This document shows, piece by piece, positions 1 through 8,525 of a stretch of DNA of 11,950 bases. The translations under genes and the position numbers were made by a program. Below the pieces are notes generated by a model. The model was given only the letters and a program-made list of their open reading frames with translations, had not been told where the DNA came from and searched no databases. This DNA comes from Vitrella brassicaformis CCMP3155 (Eukaryota > Protista > Chromerida): assembly GCA_001179505.1 (NCBI GenBank), contig CDMY01000903.1, positions 1-11,950 on the forward strand, given 5' to 3'. Each line of letters begins with the position of its first letter. The stretch's first letter is position 1.

Positions 1-592
1 GTGCCTGGAAAGAGCCGCGCAGTGCTGTTTCGGCACGCATAGGAGGTGAGGTAGGTAGCAAGGATGGCTCCAGTGGATGTCCCGGCGACAACGTCGAAGC
101 ACTCGCCAATCGTCAGATTGTCAATTCCCGTTTGGTTTCGGAGCTCGTCCTCCAGGACCTCCAGCACACACGCAGCAACGATTCCACGCACGCCGCCACC
201 GTCCAGGGCCAGGATTGATCGCTTTCTTTTCTGCTTCTGACGCACGCACAGCCAGAGGCACACGTGAACAAAATGGCGAGAGATCTTGTGTTGTTGGCAG
301 CTTGCTACCAGGCTCCAGCACAAGGGCCTTCTCCGTGCATTGGAGGGGAGAAGAGTCTCCACTTTCGTTGCGCCGGGCACAATCTGCATGCTCAACCCAC
401 GCGCGATAGCCAGATGACGACCCTGAGTTATGACAAACAGACAACACAGCTTGTGTATTCGTTCTTGCTACATCCTTTTTGGTCCTTGCCTACCCGCAGC
501 CTGGTCTGCGGTCCTACTCCTGACGCAGGCACGAGGGTCCAGAAGCCATGGACAAGGACTCCGACGATCACAACTGCAGCAAGCAACTTCAT
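1..592 (-). CDS. Second patatin-like phospholipase paralog, 5' part only (continues beyond window start)
   Basis: Positions 1-~610 align with 6182-~6792 with scattered substitutions. The same model applies: exon1 592-494 (MKLLAAVVIVGVLVHGFWTLVPASGVGPQTRLR), exon2 422-309, exon3 236-<1, reading KQKRKRSILALDGGGVRGIVAACVLEVLEDELRNQTGIDNLTIGECFDVVAGTSTGAILATYL... The GGGVRG and GTSTG motifs are intact. The copy is functional only if intron 2 is real; otherwise it is frameshifted. Confidence 0.8.
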
Positions 593-621
593 TACGGCAA
601 CACCACTGAGGCTGAGGGCCT

Positions 622-1272
622 CTTGCTTGCTTGCTTATTGTGTTTAACGTCGTCACTCATGTCTGTCTAACCCCGGCGCCATCGGGGATTTTCTCTGTCC
701 GCACCACGCACTAAACCAGCAGCATGCACATGCTAAAAACATGCACACGGCCTGTCTACCCATCCCCGCCCCTGACACACACCACGCACGAACTGAGGAG
801 GTGGCAGGAAGTCGTATGACAAGGCAGATGCCGCTGTCACCTCCCCACGACACAGATACTATTCAGATACGTCGGCCTCGTGGGCCTCTTGCTCTGCTAG
901 CAGGCGGTTCAGCACCTCCGCCACACCTGTCTGACTGTCTAGTAGACATGGATTCAGTGCAAGCCAACGAGCGCGCGCGGCCTGTGTGTTAAGAAGGAAG
1001 TCTGTCACTGCAGAGAGCACCGGCAGCTTGTCTGACTGTAAAACAGCGCAGGTAAAAATGGGATGTGACGCCTTCCAACGCCTATAGCTACATGCATCAG
1101 GTGCCGTCACCCCATGCTGACTGATCACGTTGTGTACCGTGTCGCGCAGGGAAGCATACAAGGGACAGCATGCAAGCACGTGAGACTCGTCCTCGATGGG
1201 AGCGCGAATGATAGGATAGCCAGTCACACTCAGTTCGGAAACGAGCAAGTCAGTTCGGTGTGAACAAAGCAA
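622..1272 (-). mobile_element. 5'-truncated non-LTR retrotransposon (LINE) 3' remnant: ORF2 C-terminus, 3' UTR and simple-repeat tail
   Basis: The minus frame contains PIEDESHVLACCPLYASLR (1144-1200), matching the E-D-E-x-H-x-L-x-x-C-P-x-Y-x-x-L-R second half of the CCHC finger at the end of LINE ORF2 proteins. It is followed by an amphipathic ...LSAVTDFLLNTQAARARW segment. The upstream Cys pair is not intact in frame. A (CTTG)3CTTA tract at 622-637 reads as a (CAAG)n tail on the minus strand and lies where homology between the patatin copies ends. Confidence 0.55.
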
Positions 1273-1792
1273 ACGTGCATGCGCAGGTGTGCGCATACAG
1301 ACATTCAATATATACACACACTCCAAGTCCAAAGGTGCACGCCCAGGTATGCGCACAGAGACATTGAGTATATATTCGCACTCCAAGTCGACACATACAT
1401 GCGCACACAGACATTCATCATATATTCACACTCCAGGTCGACGGGTGCATGCGCAAGTGTGTTCACGCAAACATTCAGCATATATACACACACACACAGT
1501 CCATGTCCACGCGTGCATGCACATGTGTGCGCACATAGACATTCATCATATATACACACTCCAAGTCGGCACGTGCAGCGCAAGTGTGTTCACACGAACA
1601 TTCATCATATACACACACACACACACTCCAAGTCGGCACGTGCATGCGCAGGTGTGCGCACACAGACATTCATCATATATTCGCACTCCAAGTCGACGCG
1701 TGCATGCGCAAGTTTGTTCACACAAACATTCATCTTACACACACACACACACTCTCCATGTCCACGCGTGCATACACATGTGTTCGCACACA
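1273..1792. repeat. CA-rich minisatellite, ~9 units of 50-68 bp (mode 60)
   Basis: Units start at about 1273 (partial), 1321, 1381, 1431, 1499, 1559, 1626, 1686 and 1754. The consensus is CTCCAAGTCG(A/G)C(A/G)CGTGCATGCGCA(A/G)GTGTG(CG/TT)CACAC(AG/AA)ACATTCATCATATA..(CA)n. Confidence 0.95.
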
Positions 1793-2131
1793 CCTCCATC
1801 TCGCCTCCTCCCGGCTTTGTGTCGTGTTGTGGTGTGTGTGCATGGATGGGGTTTCCTTTATCAAGCACTCAAGGAGGCCCTGTTGCAAGACATCAAAAGG
1901 AGGCTCACACCATAGGCCACCGAACTCAGGTCAGCCAGGACGTCACACACTCCCCGCCTGCAAGCCTAAAGACGCAACACTCACTGCACCTTTACAACGA
2001 ATGTGGTGTGCCGTTGTCATGTTGCGTGCAGGGTGCGAGCCGAGTACTGTCGAGCCGACAATGATCCCTCAACCAACTACCACATCTACTCCTGGTGGGA
2101 GTTGCACTTTCACGTTTCGCCAAAGCTCCGA

Positions 2132-3211
2132 TACCTTGTTCCTACTGTTGCTGCATGCCTGCTCCTTTCAGGAACCTCGAACGATGTGTAAGCTCACGCA
2201 AAACATCAATACCGTAGCAGTGAAAGCAGAATGAAAGACTAAGCGCAAGTCTCTGACGCTCCATGCTCTGCAAAACTTCGGTTGAACTTGAAAGAAAAGT
2301 CTGCAAGATACGATTGGCTAATATCCGTATAGACTTTATGTGACTTTATTTCGTTCTCTTGGACGGCTTTATCATACTGTCTTCGCACAAGTGCCGCCTC
2401 CATGCATCGAATTCCACTTGAGGAAAAGTTACAACGACAGACAGAACAGCGCCTGTTCGTCAGCTCCACTAAGAGCTCTACCATGTGTCGATGTCAAGGA
2501 TTCAAAGCTTTCAGATAAGATTGATCACAACGATTCAATGCATCCCTACTCCATCCCTCTCACTTTCTTCACTCTCCCTTCTCCTCTTGTCTTCCTCTTT
2601 TCACTCGACAACAAAAAGAACTGAAGCAAAAACCAGTAAGGATGCAGCAGCTTGAATAAGGCAATCCGCACCCTTCCTCAAGACACAAAGCAATGGAGCA
2701 GACTGAGAAGCAACAGTATACAAATCCACAGGAGAAAAGAGAGCTTCGCAGCTGTCTCCAGAAGCTGAATCGACACATCTCTAGCTTCAGATATCGACTC
2801 TACTTTACAGTCAGTCAGTCATGTGAAAGATTCAAAGCTTGAGTATGCACTGATGCTTTGACAACGCATCCTTGCTGCATCCATCCCTCACACTTTCGTC
2901 ACCCTCTCTTCTCCCCTTGTCTTCTTCGCATCATTCACTTGACAAAAGACGGAACTGAACCAAAAATCAGTGAATATGCAACGCGCTTATTCACCGTGAA
3001 TCCTCCCCCAAAAACCCCTTCCCCCCACCGACAATCTGCAAGTTGAAACCCTGGGAGTACTGACTAAGAGCAGCACAGATGCAGAGAGAGAAGCAGACAT
3101 GCAAGGTGTCATGCCTCTCACTGGTTTTTTGAGAGGCAGAAGCAGAATGTAGACAACGACGAAAAACATGTGTATGCCACTCTCTCCTCCTCATTCACGC
3201 AGTCATTCCCC
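2132..3211. repeat. Tandem segmental duplication, copy A (~1.08 kb visible)
   Basis: Aligns base for base with 3512-4592 (offset 1380, then 1381 after a 1-nt insertion in an A run). About 20 differences by eye. Its right end is bounded by an N gap. Confidence 0.97.
2499..2974. repeat. Older degenerate ~140-bp direct repeat nested inside the duplicated unit (2499-2640 and 2829-2974; also present in copy B)
   Basis: Shared blocks appear in the same order: GATTCAAAGCTT, GCATCC, CCATCCCTC.CACTTT..TCAC.CTC.CTTCTCC.CTTGTCTT, TTCACT.GACAA, GAACTGAA.CAAAAA.CAGT. Period is about 330 bp. Confidence 0.85.
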
Positions 3212-3511
3212 NNNNNNNNNNNNNNNNNNNNNNNNNNNNNNNNNNNNNNNNNNNNNNNNNNNNNNNNNNNNNNNNNNNNNNNNNNNNNNNNNNNNNNNNN
3301 NNNNNNNNNNNNNNNNNNNNNNNNNNNNNNNNNNNNNNNNNNNNNNNNNNNNNNNNNNNNNNNNNNNNNNNNNNNNNNNNNNNNNNNNNNNNNNNNNNNN
3401 NNNNNNNNNNNNNNNNNNNNNNNNNNNNNNNNNNNNNNNNNNNNNNNNNNNNNNNNNNNNNNNNNNNNNNNNNNNNNNNNNNNNNNNNNNNNNNNNNNNN
3501 NNNNNNNNNNN
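3212..3511. other. Assembly gap (300 N)
   Basis: All three gaps in the window are exactly 300 N, so the true length is unknown. Confidence 0.99.
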
Positions 3512-4603
3512 TACGTTGTTCCTACTGTTGCTGCATTCCTGCTCCTTTCAGGAACCTCGAACGATGTGTAAGCTCACGCAAAACATCAATACCGTAGCAG
3601 TGAAAGCAGAATGAAAGACTAAGCGCAAGTCTCTGACGCTCCATGCTCTGCAAAACTTCGGTTGAACCTGAAAGAAAAGTCTGCAAGATACGATTGGCCA
3701 ATATCTGTATAGACTTTATGTGACTTTATTTCGTTCTTTTGGACGGCTTTATCATACAGTCTTCGGACAAGTGCCGCCTCCATGCATCGAACTCCACTGT
3801 AGGAAAAATTACAACGACAGACAGAACAGCGCCTGTTCGTCAGCTCGACTAAGAGCTCTACCATGTGTCGATATCAAGGATCCAAAGCTTTCAGATAAGA
3901 TTGATTACAACGATTCAATGCATCCCTACTCCATCCCTCTCACTTTCTTCACTCTCCCTTCTCCTCCTGTCTTCCTCTTTTCACTCGACAACAAACAGAA
4001 CTGAAGCAAAAACCAGTAAGGATGCAGCAGCTTGAATAAGGCAATCCGCATCCTTCCTCAAGACACAAAGCAATGGAGCAGACTGAGAAGCAGCAGTATA
4101 CAAATCCACAGGAGAAAAAGAGAGCTTCGCAGCTGTCTCCAGAAGCTGAATCGACACATCTCTAGCTTCAGATATCGACTCTACTTTACAGTCAGTCAGT
4201 CATGTGAAAGATTCAAAGCTTGAGTATGCACTGATGCTTTGACAACGCATCCTTGCTGCATCCATCCCTCACACTTTCGTCACCCTCTCTTCTCCCCTTG
4301 TCTTCTTCGCATCATTCACTTGACAAAAGACGGAACTGAACCAAAAATCAGTGAATATGCAACGCGCTTATTCACCGTGAATCCTCCCCCAAAAACCCCT
4401 TCCCCCCACCGACAATCTGCAAGTTGAAACCCTGGGAGTACTGACTAAGAGCAGCACAGATGCAGAGAGAGAAGCAGACATGCAAGGTGTCATGCCTCTC
4501 ACTGGTTTTTTGAGAGGCAGAAGCAGAATGTAGACAACGACGAAAAACATGTGTATGCCACTCTCTCCTCCTCATTCACGCAGTCATTCCCCCTCCCTCA
4601 ACC
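3512..4603. repeat. Tandem segmental duplication, copy B
   Basis: Counterpart of 2132-3211, flanked on both sides by 300-N gaps. No convincing coding content. Confidence 0.97.
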
Positions 4604-4903
4604 NNNNNNNNNNNNNNNNNNNNNNNNNNNNNNNNNNNNNNNNNNNNNNNNNNNNNNNNNNNNNNNNNNNNNNNNNNNNNNNNNNNNNNNNNNNNNNNNN
4701 NNNNNNNNNNNNNNNNNNNNNNNNNNNNNNNNNNNNNNNNNNNNNNNNNNNNNNNNNNNNNNNNNNNNNNNNNNNNNNNNNNNNNNNNNNNNNNNNNNNN
4801 NNNNNNNNNNNNNNNNNNNNNNNNNNNNNNNNNNNNNNNNNNNNNNNNNNNNNNNNNNNNNNNNNNNNNNNNNNNNNNNNNNNNNNNNNNNNNNNNNNNN
4901 NNN
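4604..4903. other. Assembly gap (300 N), hides the patatin stop codon
   Basis: N run directly after the last visible patatin codon. Confidence 0.99.
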
Positions 4904-6774
4904 TGATAAGGTACCTGTCGACGAAATCGGCGATGAGAGGCCGATAGAGCTCGGCCAACGCCTTGCCGATCTTCTTCAGAGCCGGGATACTCGACGGATC
5001 GTCCATTCTCTCGAGCGCAGCAAACACGTGCGGCGGTGCGTAGCCCACGCTGGCTTCATTTTTATCAGCGCTGCACTGCACGCGGAGGTACTGCTCGGGC
5101 ACGCCCTCATTCGAGAAGGCAGCGTCGAGATTGAAATGCGCAAGGGTGGACGAGGAAGTCATCAGGGAGTCGATGATGTTACCGTTCGCTCCGCCCAACC
5201 AGTCGACTGCACTCTGGATACGCGCCGCCTCTTCGGCGCCCTGCTCTCGAAAGGCGGCGCCTACCCCAATGCTCAGGATCGCGTGATCCTCCAAGCGCAG
5301 GTTGGTGAAGAAATCCTTGTGGTCGAGAAGGTAGTCGAGCAAGGGTTGCGGGAAAGGCACTTCTTCCGCCTCCATGTCCTCGATCCGCATCCCTGATCCC
5401 ACGTACTTGGCCAGTACATGTTCAATCAGCTTGCCCCGTGTATACAGATAGTTCCAGGCTTGCATGGCCGGATCGTTCGCCACAATGCCTCCATCGCAGG
5501 CCACCAAATCCCTGGCGTTCTGCTCTTTTAGTGGAGATGCCGGCCATCGGAAGAACTTGCGAATTCGCGCGGGCTTGAAGAAGGTGGGAGCGGCGCTGCT
5601 ACAGCGACAGATTTCCCACAGCTCGACTTCTGGGTTCGTCCTCCAGTAGCGTGCCGTTTCCGTCTGGTTTTTGCGAGACCCAAGAGGCAGCTCAGCGTCC
5701 CCAAGTCTCGTCAGACTGTCTCCATCGGGGAAGACGTCCGTGATGTTGGAGTCATTCTTGAGCTGCTGGAATCTGAGTGCCAGCTGCTTCCACCGACGGT
5801 CCGGCACCGAACGAGCCAAGGAACGATCTTGGTAGGGGAAAGTGAAGTGGTCAAGGCGCATAAAATCCGGATTGCGACGAAGCCGATCGCCAACGAAGGC
5901 CACAGGACGCCTGAAGACCATGTCGTATGCTGTGATGAAGAGAGTCGGGCCAAGCCAATCCCCCCTCTTCGGGACCACATTGATGAAATCCTGAAGGTTG
6001 GAGCAGTTGGGATGCATTGCCGCTGTCAGTGCCTTCTCCAATCCGTCCGCAGCGTGCTTCGGCCCGACAAGCAACCACGGTCGCCGAACGCTCCGAAGCA
6101 TGGTCTTGGGGAAGATCTTCCGGGCCATTTGCTCATACATGCTTAACGCGCTTTTGGCAGTGCCGTCCAATACAACCTCGGTGCCTGGAAAGAGCCGCGC
6201 AGTGCTGTTTCGGCACGCATAGGAGGTGAGGTAGGTAGCAAGGATGGCTCCAGTGGATGTCCCGGCTATAACATCAAAGCACTCGCCAATCGTCAGATCG
6301 TCAATTCCCGTTTGGTTTCGGAGCTCGTCCTCCAGGACCTCCAGCACACACGCAGCAACGATTCCGCGCACGCCGCCACCGTCCAGGGCCAGGATTGATC
6401 GCTTTCTTTTCTGCCTCTGACGCCCACACACAGACAGAGACCCACGTGAACAAAACGGCGAGAGATCTTGTGTTGTTGGCAGCTTGCTACCAGGCTCCAG
6501 CACAAGGGCCTTCTCCGTGCATTGGAGGGGAGAAGAGTCTCCACTTTCGTTGCGCCGGGCGCCATCTGCATGCTCATCCCACCCGCGATAGCCAGATGAC
6601 GACCCTGAGTCGTGACAGACAGACAACACAGCTTGTGTATGCGTTCTTGCTACGTCCTTTTCGGTCCTTGCCTACCCGCAGCCTGGTCTGCGGTCCTACT
6701 CCTGACGCAGGCACGAGAGTCCAGGAGCCATGGACAAGGAGTCCGACGATCACAACTGCAGCAAGCAACTTCAT
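4904..6774 (-). CDS. Patatin-like phospholipase (PNPLA/patatin family, Ser-Asp dyad) with N-terminal signal peptide; spliced; 3' end lost in gap
   Basis: All three patatin motifs occur in order in one open frame: DGGGVRG oxyanion loop (GGGVRG 6363-6380), GTSTG nucleophile elbow (6249-6263) and DGG catalytic Asp (5487-5495). Also present are SSAAPTFF, LSIGVG and YLRVQ...MDD. The ORF-track start (6629) is GTG, with no Met before the motifs. Preferred model: exon1 6774-6676 (MKLLAAVVIVGLLVHGSWTLVPASGVGPQTRLR), exon2 6604-6491 (38 codons), exon3 6416-<4904, giving at least 575 aa. The stop codon is not visible because the frame enters the N gap after ...FVDRYLI. The family call is high-confidence; the exon structure is an inference. 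Confidence 0.93.
6417..6490 (-). other. Predicted spliceosomal intron 2 of patatin copy 2 (74 nt; equivalent 237-308, 72 nt, in copy 1)
   Basis: CTG|GTAGCAAG...TTCAC...TGTGTGTGGGCGTCAG|, phase 0. It contains the only indel (2 nt) and the densest substitution cluster between the paralogs. An alternative acceptor lies 6 nt downstream (6411). Confidence 0.55.
6605..6675 (-). other. Predicted spliceosomal intron 1 of patatin copy 2 (71 nt; equivalent 423-493 in copy 1)
   Basis: CGG|GTAGGC...CTGTCACGACTCAG|GGT, phase 0, same length in both copies. The exon-1 signal-peptide frame is not in frame with the catalytic ORF in genomic sequence, so splicing is required. An alternative donor at 6653 (GTAGCA, 49-nt intron, phase 1) is also possible. 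Confidence 0.6.
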
Positions 6775-7410
6775 TTCGGCAACACCACTGAGCTGAAAGG
6801 TCCTCAAAGACCGATGACCCAAATACGTTCGTTCGTTCCACCGTTTAATCGGTCGGCACCAGAGGCCCTAACCCTCCCGGAGTTATTCGTGCCAGAAGTG
6901 CAAGTCGGTTCATCGTAGCTCGCATATAGGATCGACGATCTACTGGGAAGGCAGACAGGACGGCCTACATAGGTCTTTCATGGCAAACCATCAGACAGCC
7001 CATGAGAGACAGGACGTAAGACAGGATGGACTGATTCGTTCATGCATGCCATGTGTGGACTTTGCACCATGGTTAACACATGATTATCCTTGAATGATTG
7101 GTGGGTCACTTGACTCGTCTATTGTACGAGATTAATCGCCCGTCCGATCCTCATCTCTTCGCCATTCTCACCGCGTCTCACCCACACATTCCGACATGGG
7201 CGCAGCGAGTGAGTTCGCCTTTCTGGCCTGAAGCCCGCAAGCCGGCAGTTCGGCAGATCCTGACAGGTCTGTCCATCGGCAGCTGGTAGATCCTGATCGG
7301 TCTATCAGTCGGCATCCCTCTTATCACTAACCCCTAAGGGTCATCTTCGGCAGTCAGCCCGATCCTAACCGGTCGACCTAGGGCAGCAAGCAGCAAGGAG
7401 GACAGCAGCA

Positions 7411-7587
7411 ATGGCGCAGATCTCATTCTACTCGAAAACCGTCATCCCCACCTTCAATGGAGACAGTGATGACTGGCGTGAGTGGGAGTTCACGCTAAGA
7501 GCCTTCCTCTTGGCTAAGGAGATGCCCGTGGATCACTTGATGAAGACTCCCAGTCAAGAGCAACAACTAAGCCTCAGCGATGACGAC
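7411..7587 (+). mobile_element. LTR-retrotransposon gag N-terminal fragment (copia-type), truncated
   Basis: The ATG-initiated MAQISFYSKTVIPTFNGDSDDWREWEFTLRAFLLAKEM resembles the IPxFxG-x3-4-W-x2-W-x3-(M/L)xAFL start of retroelement gag. After about 59 codons it runs into unrelated antisense sequence. The upstream 6870-7410 region has short direct repeats that may be LTR or leader, but I could not identify a PBS or LTR ends. Confidence 0.6.
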
Positions 7588-7820
7588 GCGCAGTTGAGGG
7601 CGTGGTCGAGCGAGTTGGTGGCCCCGCAGCCGTCGCAGTGGGAATCCATCTTGAGAGGCTCGTAGCCGTAGCGGACGGCCATATTGTCGCGGAACTCAGC
7701 GCGTGTCAGGTCGGTGTGGTCCTCGATATTGGGCCGACACGTCAGCCAGCCCGCTGTCTTGGTCTCGATGGCTCGACGGATCGTTCGTCGGCGCTCAGGG
7801 GGCAGCTGCTCACACACGGG
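7588..7820 (-). mobile_element. Internal fragment of a CRE-like (restriction-like endonuclease) non-LTR retrotransposon
   Basis: RRAIETKTAGWLTCRPNIEDHTDLTRAEFRDNMAVRYGYEPLKMDSHCDGCGATNSLDHALNC matches the WL..P....L...EFRD.L..RYG....CDGCG......HAL.C segment that lies between RT and the RLE endonuclease in CRE-clade elements. It is truncated just after the CCHC finger, with an in-frame stop just upstream (~7836). Confidence 0.75.
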
Positions 7821-8525
7821 AGAAAGAGGCTGACGTCAAAGGGAGGACAACATATTCGCAAAGGGATGACCATCCTCCGAGGATATGAGGGGTTGCGAGT
7901 ATACTTGATTAATTCATGTGCGGGGTGCACATACTGACAAAGCATGCCACAGAGGCATCAGCATCCGATGACAGCAAGAGTCAAGGCGAATTGCGCACTA
8001 CTTATCTAGTTCTTCACTAAGTACCTTGTCCTTCACACAGACTTCCCATGTAGGGTCAACAGACCCTACCCGTTTCCTATCTTGTGCGTGCAGATCCCTC
8101 TCTTGTACAAAGTCCACATGCAAGTAGATGCATGGACAGGTAGCATTCTGGTTCTTCTCGCCAGTACCTCCTCCATCACCTTCCCGCACAGTTTTCGTTA
8201 TACAGCCACAAAGTGCGCTTGTCCCGTAGCCCTTCGGCATAGATTCCACACTGTGCATCTTCGGGCAAACGAGAAATGCAGGTGGAAGGAGAGGCGGCGG
8301 GATGTAACGCCGCCTCAATATGACGATCGTCTTTCAGGGTGCCCTCTTGTATCTCGATTTGTTTTCCTTCTCTCTCACTGAGCTCAGAGCAGTGGCTGCA
8401 AGAGGTGGCGTATGCTCGTTCTGTTTCGCCGGCCAAATGAAGTGGGCACATCCAAGAAGGCAGACGGCGAAAGTGAAAATACGCCTTCAAGAGGGGGACG
8501 TCACGGACTGGTCGTAATGAAGTGA

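Noticed and set aside
1273-1792. CRISPR array (regular ~60-bp period)
   Set aside because: The whole unit is repeated with no unique spacers, there are no cas genes, and the context is eukaryotic.
1279-2234. Long His/Thr/Cys/Val-rich ORFs on both strands (261, 208, 216, 175 aa) suggesting a repeat or metal-binding protein
   Set aside because: They are translations of the stop-poor CA-rich minisatellite. Several frames on both strands are open, and unit lengths (50, 60, 67, 68) do not preserve a frame.
2239-3864. 81-aa ORF retained in both duplicated units (2239-2484, 3619-3864)
   Set aside because: It has a non-ATG start and no recognisable domain, and most differences between copies are non-synonymous. 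Retention is expected from recent duplication alone.
4904-6796. Plus-strand ORFs overlapping the patatin gene (4551-5396, 5829-6146, 6395-6796) and equivalents at 77-647
   Set aside because: Antisense shadows of a GC-rich coding region with no independent domain signal.
6865-7340. Telomere-like CCCTAA motifs (GGCCCTAACCCT, AACCCCTAAGGG)
   Set aside because: Single isolated units, not a tandem array.
8050-8069. 8-bp hairpin GTAGGGTC-AACA-GACCCTAC
   Set aside because: Isolated, with no U tract or element end nearby. One such stem in 12 kb is plausible by chance.
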